From NCBI GenBank assembly GCA_946965045.2, contig OX337240.1, forward strand, positions 1,736,001 through 1,800,000: DNA of 64,000 nt, read 5' to 3'. The stretch comes from Epithemia pelagica (lineage: Eukaryota; Protista; Bacillariophyta). The notes beneath the pieces are model-generated. The model was given only the letters and a program-made list of their open reading frames with translations, was not told the origin of the DNA and did not search any database. Of this stretch, positions 34,870-45,755 are shown piece by piece (positions within the stretch are counted from its first letter, which is position 1; every line of letters starts with the position of its first letter). Made by a program: the position numbers and the translations under genes.

Positions 34870-35838
34870 ATGGGGTGGTTCGGTAGGAACAACAATGCAA
34901 GTGATGCTCCAGATGCAAACCGAAATACCGGGAATGCAGATGGTAAAGGAGTTTTTTGGCCACAATTCTTCAAGAGTGGGAACAACGAGTACCCCACTGC
35001 GCCAACCCGTCCCTCGGCTGCTGCTGCTGCGTCGTGGAAGGAGATGGGGAATGCCCAATTGGCGCCGTTTGGAATTGAAATTGTCGACTTTCCCTTGGCC
35101 CACGTGCCATGGCAAATGGAGCATTCCATCCTTTTAATCACGTCATGTTTCGCAAGTGGTTGGCTCGGATATCGTCTTCCACAGTATTGGAATCGTCACT
35201 TTCGCCGCATCACCGCGGTGGAGGAATTGCGGATCGGTGGTGGCAGTGCCTTGAGAGGACGAGTCATGGACGTGAAGGATGGCGACACCTTTCGATGGTA
35301 TCATTGCCCGACACCATCCTGGTGGCACAGTTGGTCCGTGAGTCAGCAGCTTGGGAACAACAACAACAACAAGACGAGCAGCAAACGGGCGAAACAAGAA
35401 CAACTTGCCATTCGCATTTCCACCATTGATACACCGGAAACCGCCAAATTTGGATCTCCAGGGCAACCCTATGGGGAGGAAGCCAAGAAATGTCTGAGTG
35501 ATTTGATTTTGCATCGCATGGTGGACATTACCGTGCTATCGAAGGATCAATATGGCCGAGTTGTGGCCCACGTCAACCTCGTACCACGCATGCCTTGGTG
35601 GTTTGGCAATGGACGTTCGGTCGAACAGTACATGCTACAAAGAGGAATGGCCGAAGTTTATGTGGGAAGTGGTGCCGTCTATGGTCCATTGGGCAAACAA
35701 GCCTATTTGGATATGCAAACCAAGGCTCAAGAACAAAAAATGGGCATTTGGTCCTTGAAGAATCGTGAAAGTGCCGCCGAATTTAAAGCACGTGTCAAGC
35801 TGCAGAAAAGCCAACCAGAGAATACCAAGCAAGATTAA
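34870..35838 (+). CDS. Staphylococcal nuclease (SNase/TNase, LCL3-like) homologue (copy 1)
   Basis: DVKDGDTFR, IRISTIDTPE, GQPYGEEAK, DQYGRVVAHV, MLQRGMAEVY, AQEQKMGIWS; hydrophobic segment N-terminal to the domain. Confidence 0.9.
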   Translation: MGWFGRNNNASDAPDANRNTGNADGKGVFWPQFFKSGNNEYPTAPTRPSAAAAASWKEMGNAQLAPFGIEIVDFPLAHVPWQMEHSILLITSCFASGWLGYRLPQYWNRHFRRITAVEELRIGGGSALRGRVMDVKDGDTFRWYHCPTPSWWHSWSVSQQLGNNNNNKTSSKRAKQEQLAIRISTIDTPETAKFGSPGQPYGEEAKKCLSDLILHRMVDITVLSKDQYGRVVAHVNLVPRMPWWFGNGRSVEQYMLQRGMAEVYVGSGAVYGPLGKQAYLDMQTKAQEQKMGIWSLKNRESAAEFKARVKLQKSQPENTKQD

Positions 35839-36471
35839 TCAGCAAGACGTTAAGCGGCCATGGTATTTGTTGAAATTGTCCCGGACTGGCGGCGAAACAG
35901 ATATCATTCATGAACACCAGTTCTGTCTATACAGGGGCGAGGAACACGAAAACCATTCCTCCTGCTTCGTCTCAAAGACGCAGACGTTAAAGGTACTATG
36001 AAGTCCAGAGTACATTCGATCTGCCGTTCCTACTTTCCCCGTAGCGTGCTCCTGAAAAAAGTAAACAAGACGTCAATTGGATTGGTACGATGTTGACTTT
36101 CAATACCACAATGGCATGCCTGTCGTCCGTGGTGTCTCGAACAAGGAATATCAGGCCAGGGACAGCATAGTTCAATGCATTGGTCTCATCTACACAATGT
36201 GCTAGAAAATATGGTAGAGTGTCGCCACAGTGGAGAAACTATGGTAAGGTTCAAGATCCCAATGAGAAGAGACGACAAGTATCCTTTAAGCAGAGCTTGG
36301 TCAGCATTTACTGGCGTGTATTATTCACCCTCCCTCCAGCTTCAGAGAACATATTTTCAGTGCGTCTCGCATGCACTCAAGACCCTTTAGGACTGGTGTC
36401 ATGCGTTCATGATGGAGCAGTGTACCTTTGCTCCATCTGGCTTTGTTGAGGAAGTCGTCTATTCGGGGAGA

Positions 36472-39400
36472 TTAGCTATCGTCTTCAAAGTGTTCATTCA
36501 TCTCCTGCAAACCACAAAACCGAAATTCAGTATACGACAACGCCAAACAAGAAGTATTTCGACATGCCTCGTTCGTTCACGTACCGCTCTCATTTCCTTG
36601 ATCTCCGCCTTCAACTCGGCCCTTGTTTCTGTAATCATGCGTTCCATGACTGTTTCCAAGTAGTTGACGCGTCCCGTCCAATCTTCATCTGTTGCTTCAT
36701 CGCTACTCAGGGTCGCCACTTTTTGTTTCGTTAATCCAAACAACCAGTTGGATATGCCTCCGACCAAAATATTGTTGATCCGGCCGATGGCGTCGTACAC
36801 ATTCTCTGCTCGATCAGGTAACAAATCACGCAAAAGACCATCCAAGATAAATGTACCGACAACCCAAAGAGCACAAGCTAAGACCGCACCCATGCAAACC
36901 GCTGAGGAGAATCCGACAGGGAAATGTTTGAGAATTGGCGAAAAGGAAAAGCCCATATATAATGTGTTCGCCAAGGCCCAAAGAACGGAGCAACCAGAGC
37001 GTTAGCGACACCTCAGAGCAGCAGGGGATAACAAAACACCAGTCATGGGGAAAGCGTACGTACCGATTGCAAATCCAACCCAGCGAGAGTTTTCAGCAAA
37101 AACTATCGCACGTCCAATCAAGTATACCAACGCATAGACAGCAGTCAAAAGGATGACTGTCAAAACGCACCACCGGATGGCAACTCGTATTCTTCTGTGT
37201 TTGTGCTGACTGGATCGATTTGGTGCACCTGCCGGTGCGCCACTATGAGCCGAAGCTGCCGCGGCCGCTTCGGTCCTCCTGGACGGTTGGAGGAAGTGTT
37301 CTAGGGCTTCATTTTGCGCCACGTACAAGACGCGCGCACGTCCAAACAACAAATTCCCACTCATGGTTGCCTTTTCGTAGGAGTCCGAAATGACTGCGAT
37401 CAAAACATTGAGCAGAATTACCACTCCAAATACTGTGAAGATGATGAACAGGACAGTCGTACCAGACGTTGCAGTCATGTCGTCCAGTTCAAAGTCTCCC
37501 AGAAGAATACTCTGTTAAGAAAGACATAGAACAGCAATCACAAAATCCACAAGTTAGACACATTCTGATAGGATCAAGGACAAGGAGCCACTGCAACATT
37601 CACGTACATAGACTCGTAAGTAAGAGGTCCAACCCGAATCACAGAAGTCTTCAATCGCACCAGATTCCTGTTCATTATCTGTACAAAACTGGGTACTGTC
37701 CATGGAGCTCACTGCAATGTAGAACATGTCTCCAAACATAAACACACAGACAATCAAAACCACCATGAAGAATCGTATGTCATACAGAATCTGTAACAGA
37801 GCCATTATGAAGGTCGACATTTCCTTGTTAACAACCTTGAGGAAACCCAACACCTTCAGCCACAGAAGCCCAATAACTAGAGTATTTAGACCAGTTTTGT
37901 ATTCGTCTTCCCCAATATTTTGATCCCCTATAGTCGCCCAAAGCGTGAAGATAATTGCAATGGAATCAAAAACGGTCCACATGTTGGTAAAGTATGCCTT
38001 TAAGGCGGACGGTGAAACAGTCAACAAAACCCATGCTTCACACCCCTTCCGTAGCAGGTATTGGAGTGAAATTACAGAAACCAATCCTTCCGGTGGAACA
38101 CCCATCTCAGACAATTTGCTGTTGGGATTAACGAAAGCACGAAAGGAGACCATCAACGTCAAATGCAACAGCAGATCAATCAGTACCAGGCCAAGTACGA
38201 AGGGACGACTTAGTTTTTGACTCATGGTATGCCAAATCACGGCAGTAGCAGCAGCACGATCTGTTTCCCGATTCTCCAAAGTAACCAAGGAGGCAATAGT
38301 CCCCTTAAGAGCTCCCACCGCTTCAAAGACATCTTGTCGATCCTTGTTAAAGGCATCCAAATCACCTGAATGAATGGTGCCGTACCCACCGGTATGATCT
38401 TCAACCGAAGTTTTGGAAATGAGACAAAGAAAATCCACGGCCCGCTTGGCCGGTGTTCCACCGTGATTGAACATTTCAATCAACCATTTTCCCACTGTCT
38501 GTGGGCACAGCAAGAGACGACGACAAATGGCCATTTCCAAAACACGCTCCCGAGTGTCCATGCCATCATCATCAATCAACAAAATAATTTTGACAAGCAT
38601 TGGCATTTTGGCCAAGAGGGCTTCCACCAACATTTTGCGATCGTTGCTGGCAAGGTGACGGGTACTTGCTGTAGAGGATCCCACGTCGGCGTGATGATGG
38701 ACACTGCTACCCTGACTGCTGGAGGTAGTAATGTTCAGGCCGAACCGAGCTCTTTCTTGTGGGATTTCTCGACCCATTTTAAGTCGTTGAAACATAGGCA
38801 AATTACTATTGCGACTCAAGATGTCCAACGCCGTTGACAACATGGTCAGACACCATTCTGCCTCCTCCCAAATCTCAACACGTGGAAAAACCATTTTTTG
38901 GAAACTGCCACCTACATGGCTGGAATGGAACAGACCTCCCTCACGACAAGGATAGAACTCCAAGTTATCGTCGGGCATTGTTCCATTCGTTCGGGGCATA
39001 GTTGGGTCCGACGAAGACCCCCTTTGTTGCTGCGGCTGCTGGCGTTTCTTTTTACGGAGCTCTTGTTCTTGCGCCCAATCGACCCAATCGGCAACAATGC
39101 GAGCAAAGGGAACAAAGCCTTCCTTATCGGGTACGAGAATGGCATTGGGAAATTCATTCATCAAATGAGTGGCCAAAACAGTGGCCACATCTCTTCCGGC
39201 GGCGGTCTTGTTGTCTTCGGTTGTAGTGGTGGTGGTAATAAGTGTTTCATTGTCCCCTAGTACGTGAAGGGGAAATCGTCCCATTGCATCTTTGGTTCGA
39301 ATGGCATTGGGATGCCGCTTTAGGCACTCCAACAAGGCTTCCACTGTAACACCATGCGGCTGTGCACACAAGATATGCAAAGGCGTGGTTGTGTTGTTGT

Positions 39401-40391
39401 GGGAACTTTTTCGTTCGTGGCGTTTGGACCGAATGGAATCTGGAATGTATCGAAGCGTCTTGGTAGTTGCCTTGAGAACTTTGCGCAACAAATTGAAACC
39501 CGCCAACTTCCTCGTCGTGCTGCTGTTATTCTTGTCGTTGGCTACTTCCATCGACGTCGATACTGTGGAGACTGGTGGAGGAGCGCCGCCGGCGGAGGTT
39601 GGAGTGGGACGGGGAGATGCCGCCATCATCATGCGGGGTACAGGAGCAGGGGCCGGTCGATAACTAGGGGCAACGTTGCTTGTCGTAGGAGTAGGAGTTG
39701 CAGTACTGTTTTCATTTTGGTTCATCAAGGTGGTGGCGACTGTTAGAAAGCCCAAGCCAGTGCCAAGTCCATCATTATTACTCTTATTGTTGTCGCTCGA
39801 GCTTGTGGGTCGGGGAGAGGATTCCGGTTCATCGGCCAAATTTTCTGGCGTCGGCGGTGGTAGTTGAGTCGTTGTGGTGTTGGACGACAGAGCGGCTGCG
39901 GCCGCTGCTTCGGCAGCAGCGACTTGAGCTTCCGAAATACTTAATTGTCTTGCACTGCCACTGTTATGAGTCGAGGATTCACCCAATTCCGATAGGGCAC
40001 GGACACTACCGAAATGGGAGACACTGGACTCGGAAAAGAGAGAATTCGCATCGCTCTCCGGGTTGAAAGCGGAGGATATGACACGGTGAAAGACCAATCG
40101 TCCAGTAAAATTGGTCAATGAAATGGACTTCAAACCTTCGGGGGCAAACTCCAAGGGGCGAACGTGGTTCATGGACATGGGACCATGGCCTGCTGTTTCT
40201 GCAGGGTTGTTACCCCCTTCCAGTTGCTGCTGTGGTTCTTGATTATTATTATTGTTGTCTTCGTCGTTTGAAGTGGATACCAGTTGAACACCCAACTGAG
40301 GTGTGACACGATAACTGACGCTCATTTCTCCAGGTACCTGCGTGGTCACTGTGGTGTCATCGCCATCGCCTACTGCCGCAGCCGCCTCCAT
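36472..40391 (-). CDS. Ankyrin-like repeat + TRP-type cation channel, paralogue 3 copy 1 (about 1193 aa, 4 exons)
   Basis: Exons 40391-37608, 37511-37064, 36901-36585, 36504-36472, with consistent phases. TPLHILC...DAMGRFPLHVL, filter LLGD, S6 LLNVLIAVISDSYEK. Confidence 0.9.
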
Positions 40392-41544
40392 GGATGCAAT
40401 ACTGGTGGAACGGCTCATTGTTGAGCGAGAAAGTTTGTTTCAGAAGCCAGCGCTTCTTTTTCCAGGGGGCTAATGCCAAACAAGGAAGACCAACTCTCTT
40501 CAACAAAAAGACTTTTGGTTGGTCCGATGAATCTGAATCTTCACGATACTTTCGCACCCCCTTGCCCCTTGTCTCTTCCAACCTTATATATTATCGACTT
40601 TCAGGACGTCCCTGTCTCTTAAAATTGAACGAAATGGAGATCGTAAAAATGGAAGACAAACACACCCGCCTTGATTCGTCTATTGATTCTTCGTTTCAGG
40701 GGCAAACTGGGATGACAGATGATGAAACAAGTACCACCTTTCTGGAGTCCGTAGCCGGATCCTCTCTCAACCACAACGTCTTGCCTTTTTCTTTCTTCAA
40801 CAACGTCCGCTCAATTCTGTTTGTCTCGTTCTCTTTCGGTTATTGTTATTGTTATTTGTTATTGGTTTTGTCTGTCATCCACATGGAATGAGTTCTCCCG
40901 AGAAACGGGATGTCTCTGGAATGGATCTTGTCACTTCAACTTATTCGCGTCGTGGCAAAAAGCAAGTTCCTTATTCAACAAAAGACTATGGCCCTGTGTC
41001 CAGGGAATGTGTTTTCGAGGTCTGAAATCGAGTTTCGAGTTTTGAGGTGGGGCTCTGTCCCTACCTTGAAACAACGATCTGGATGTACGTGTCCAGCAAC
41101 TTCCGGTAACTACACGTGAGTCGCATATTCTCTCCCAATACCCAACGGACGAAACCGAAACAAAGGATCGATATTAATACAAAGTACGTATTATGATACC
41201 ATTGAATATGATTTACCATTCTCTAGTATGGAGCAAACGGGAATATCGAAAGGTATGTCGTTTGTATATCGTTTGATGTTGTTTGATGTTGTTTGATGTT
41301 GTTTGATGTCGTTTCGGGCTCGCGCGCAAACATGGTTTGTCTCAAAATCCAGCGGTGCTCCTTCAGTTGATGGGCCTACCGTCAATCAGTGACTTGTAAC
41401 CTTGTGATTTCTCATGAAGAATTCCAACTGCTGGAGAGTACATATTCTTTTGGCGATAAAAACATCCGACATCATCCGACATCTACCAAATCCTCCGACA
41501 TCCGTGACTCTGGATGTTTTCCTCATATTGAAATAATCTGTACC

Positions 41545-42399
41545 CCCGAATCACAGAAGTCTTCCATCGCACCAGATTCCTGTTCATTATCTGTACAAAA
41601 CTCCTTGGAGCTCACTGCAATGTAGAACATGTCTCCAAACATAAACACACAGACAATCAAAACCACCATGAAGAATCGTATGTCATACAGAATCTGTGAC
41701 AGAGCCATTATGAAGGTCGACATTTCCTTGTTAACAACCTTGAGGAAACCCAACACCTTCAGCCACAGAAGCCCAATAACTAGAGTATTTAGACCAGTTT
41801 TGTATTCGTCTTCCCCAATATTTTGATCCCCTATAGTCGCCCAAAGCGTGAAGATAATTGCAATGGAATCAAAAACGGTCCACATGTTGGTAAAGTATGC
41901 CTTTAAGGCGGACGGTGAAACAGTCAACAAAACCCATGCTTCACACCCCTTCCGTAGCAGGTAATGGAGTGAAATTACAGAAACCAATCCATCCGGTGGA
42001 ACACCCATCTCAGACAATTCGCTGTTGGGATTAACGATAGCACGAAAGGAGACCATCAACGTCAAATGCAACAGCAGATCAATCAGTACCAGGCCGAGTA
42101 CGAAGGGACGACTTAGTTTTTGACTCATGGTATGCCAAATCACGGCAGTAGCAGCAGCACGATCTGTTTCCCGATTCTCCAAAGTAACCAAGGAGGCAAT
42201 AGTCCCCTTAAGAGCTCCCACCGCTTCAAAGACATCTTGTCGATCCTTGTTAAAGGCATCCAAATCACCTGAATGAATGGTGCCGTACCCACCGGTATGA
42301 TCTTCAACCGAAGTTTTGGAAATGAGACAAAGAAAATCCACGGCCCGCTTGGCCGGTGTTCCACCGTGATTGAACATTTCAATCAACCATTTTCCCACT
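41545..42399 (-). pseudogene. Internal fragment of channel paralogue 3 (pre-S1 to turret)
   Basis: Matches 37633-38496 with a 9-nt deletion. Truncated at both ends and joined directly to the leader of duplication copy 2. Confidence 0.9.
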
Positions 42400-43875
42400 C
42401 TCCACGAGGACGGTCGGATTGCGTACTGGAACTGCACAAACCCCAACGTTCATGTCATTGATCGAAAGAGAGCACTGGCACCATGACCAAGACCCTTGCG
42501 ATACGGCGTTCGAGTCAGAATGAAACAAGAGGTTTGACAGGGGCCCATCATGACAAGAGCGATTTACCACGCATACATCATTCACCCAGAACTTGTAGTG
42601 TTGGAGGAGGTCTTATGAATGGTTTCGTCATTCAGTATCTTGTTTTTCTCGCACCGATCCTCTCTTATGCATGACGGAACGAGGGTAGTTGCGCAGTGTC
42701 GATTCGTCCAACTGGATTTTGAAACTTTCACCTTCCTAAAATTCATGACAAATCACCGCACAAACAATGGAGGCATTGGCAGGGATAGGACAACAAGTCA
42801 TACCCTGATAAAGTGGCCAAAAAAAGCGTACCAAGAGCACAGTCATGAGAGAAAAGAACCGACGCGCGCAAGTCGTTTGCCGAATCTCCAAGCAACCCAC
42901 ATCTCCATATATAGATATATATATCAGGAAATCATTGGAATATCACTCAACTAATGAAAAAAACATTTCAGGAAATGGATAGCGCTTGATTTGGATTTCA
43001 TCCTTTATATATACCATCATGCAGGTTGCTTGGAAGAAGGAAGGGACAGAAGCCGGCTCCTTGGAACCTTTTTTCTACATTGCGCACTTACCAGCCACAA
43101 TTGGAGTTATTCGTCACGTAGCTATAGGAGATTCTCTTCTTGCCTGCCATGAGTTTCGAGAGGGTTGGACCTGTTCATTCCTTGATTCATCTCATCCAGA
43201 GACTTGTCTGGGACGTTCCGTCGCAATAGACCATGTGTTGCGGTTGGCTGGTTGTTCAAGCTGGGAATCACAAGACAGGTACAAAGTTGGCCACAAGAAT
43301 AACCACGGCAGCAATAAGATGGAGTTGGAGCAGGACGGGGACACCATCGTCCAAAATCAACCATCCCTTGTTGGTGCAGCAAAGATCCGTGTCTGCGGAC
43401 GACGCCAGGACAAAAGATCGGGTGCCGATTCAGTCACGAATTCCTAGCGAATGATGCGACAGTCGATTGTGATTTGTGATTTCTCCTTTCCTGAAATTCC
43501 AGACGGAACCAGTCCCGTTTCTGGAGAGTACCTGTCGAGCAAGAGCCCCGGGGCGCGCTTGACGCGGAGCAGTGACGTGTTTTCGGAGTTGGGGGAAATC
43601 GGTCCTCCCACCCGAAGAGTGCCTAGGCTAGGGGAGTTGACTATGATTGTGTTCCATTTAGATTGTTACTAGTAGATTATTTTTTGCTATATGTAGTATG
43701 TAGTTCAGCTCTCCCACAGATCACTCCAGTTAGAGCCGACAAGTTCACCAAATCGAAGTCATCCATCCATATGCTCTTCGTCCTCATCCAACATGACCAC
43801 ACGATTGGTCGCAACTTGTTTGTTGTCGACGTTCACGTAAGTGCTGCGTAGTTCCACATGCACAATTGCGTCAAA

Positions 43876-44890
43876 TTACTGCGCTTGAACTTGATCGGTG
43901 AGCTCCTCCAAATTGATCGGGGTGAGGATCACGTCCCATTGGACAACTTGCTCCTCACATGGGAATGGAAGAGGGACTTCCATTGGGTCTGACCAAATGA
44001 TGCGCTTGTCCTCCATTGTCTTCGTGATATCCCCAACCTTGGCTTCGAATGCATTCTTGAGGGCCGAAAGCTCATGCAGAATGCCTAAAGTTTGTAGAAT
44101 GGCATTATTCATAGGCTTCCTGTAGAGACGGTCAGCAACCCGAACTCGGAGCTGCAAGTATCCGCCATCAGGGGTGACCGAGATCTTGTAGTGACTCTTG
44201 GGGCGGCACAGTCCATGGAAACGGGTTGTCACATGGTCTCGGCCACCATTAGCCTTGTAAACAAAAGAGAACCAAGGAAAATAAAACTTTTTCGACTCTG
44301 TCATCTTCTTGGACACCGTCATCCGTCCCATCTGATTGGTCAAATCATCCAAGGCCGTGGTTGGTTGTAGCTTCGGATTTGGAGTTGACGCTTTCTTGGG
44401 CGGAGCTTTCTTGCGGGCTGGGGTTGTTCCGAGACGAGCAACAGGCATGGTGTCGGCGATGAGTTCTTTGTTGTCTTCTTCTTCGGTATCTTCTAGGTCT
44501 TCTCCGAGTTCAAACTCGTCTTCGCTACCACTATCGTCCGAGATGTCACCAAGACGAAGTTCCTCTTGAGCGGCTTTCGATCCTGTGAATAGAAAAGTAG
44601 ATTAGAAGACAGAATGAGTAACCAGTAATAAAGTAGCAAATCACAAACTTACGAGCACGATGTCCATCTTGTGTGCGGCTCACACAGAAATCTCTCGCCT
44701 TCTCTCGGAAGCGGTTCGCGAAGGTTTTCTCTCGCATCACAGGCCAGTGCGCGACACGAACGGCCTCAATATCCTCGGGGTCTCGGAGGAGTGGATTGAC
44801 ACCACCACGCTTCTGTCGAAACAGTCGCAGCAGCTTGATGTCATCCTCTGGACCCCATCGAGGAGCCTTAACAGAAAGCTCGGCACTCAT
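43876..44890 (-). CDS. Harbinger accessory protein (Myb/SANT-like N-terminus, acidic linker, novel C-terminal domain)
   Basis: Exon 1 44890-44653 (RWGPEDDIKLLRLF...HWP...FANRFREKA), intron 44652-44583, exon 2 in frame with ORF 43876-44448. The frame stays open after the TAA to 43759. Confidence 0.7.
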
Positions 44891-45209
44891 TCTGTTGGAA
44901 CTACTCACGATTTACGCGAACCATCCAAAATTATGTGAGAAAGATGGCTTTTCTCTGGAGCAGGTTCCTTCGAAAAGTCATCGAGGTTCGAGTTCCGAGA
45001 CCGGCATGCTTACCTGTGACACAATTGTGGAGTGATTGAATACCGTCAAGACCAACTACTCTTGATTTTAGTATTCGTATCATTTATTGCCGTTATTCTA
45101 TGGTTGAATTCGTGAATATGATCTCACGAGTGTCAACAATACATGTGTTATTGGTTATATTCGTTTCTAATTTGTCACGGGCTATTGTATAGGCTATTAG
45201 AATGGTCAT

Positions 45210-45413
45210 CCCGATATGATCGGGCTAGCCCGATATGATCGGGCTAGCCCGAATTGTGCATGCCCTCCCGAATTGATCGGGCTAGCCCGAATTGTGCAAA
45301 TTACTATGGGGTTTTACACGGTGTTTGCCCGATATGATCGGGCTAGCCCGATATGAGCAGTTCTGCCAGATATGATCGGGATAGCCCGATATGATCGGGC
45401 TAGCCCGATATGA
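45210..45413. repeat. Array of palindromic ATCGGGCTAGCCCGA(T) units in the Harbinger intergenic region
   Basis: Six units starting at 45219, 45238, 45276, 45337, 45375 (1 mismatch) and 45394, in a 19-bp CCCGATATGATCGGGCTAG register. Confidence 0.92.
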
Positions 45414-45755
45414 GCATTTTGACTGGCTTGCGTGACACATTATACAAGCCCCAATGAAAGGGCTATTGACAGAATGGTACCCAATTTGTACTTTACTACT
45501 AAGAAATGGTCCTAGTTTCACACGATCAATTTATCATACTCTCTCTTCAGTTTACATGTGTTCATATTGGCTTGCTTTCTACTACCGAGTCCACCTCCCT
45601 ACAATATGCTGCTGTGTGTTATGATAAAATTTGGATTTGGCAGTCGGGGGAGTAGGAAATCTTAAGCAAGATTCCGAACAGAGCCTGCCACTTTTCCAAA
45701 CGGTTCCGAATGAACTTTCTCCTCAACTTTGTGATCGGACCATTGGAATCACAAC

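Larger units (their letters stand above)
31558..40930 (+). repeat. Segmental duplication unit, copy 1 (non-coding leader - plastid-type protein - nuclease - channel 3)
   Basis: Collinear with 42399-63612 once the 11.8-kb transposon is removed; constant offset 22702 across the channel gene. Confidence 0.93.

Noticed and set aside
41271-41520. GTTTGATGTT x4, TCCGACATC x3 and a 9-bp inverted repeat (AAAACATCC / GGATGTTTT)
   Set aside because: Too short and degenerate to define an element; no TIR/TSD pair found around them.
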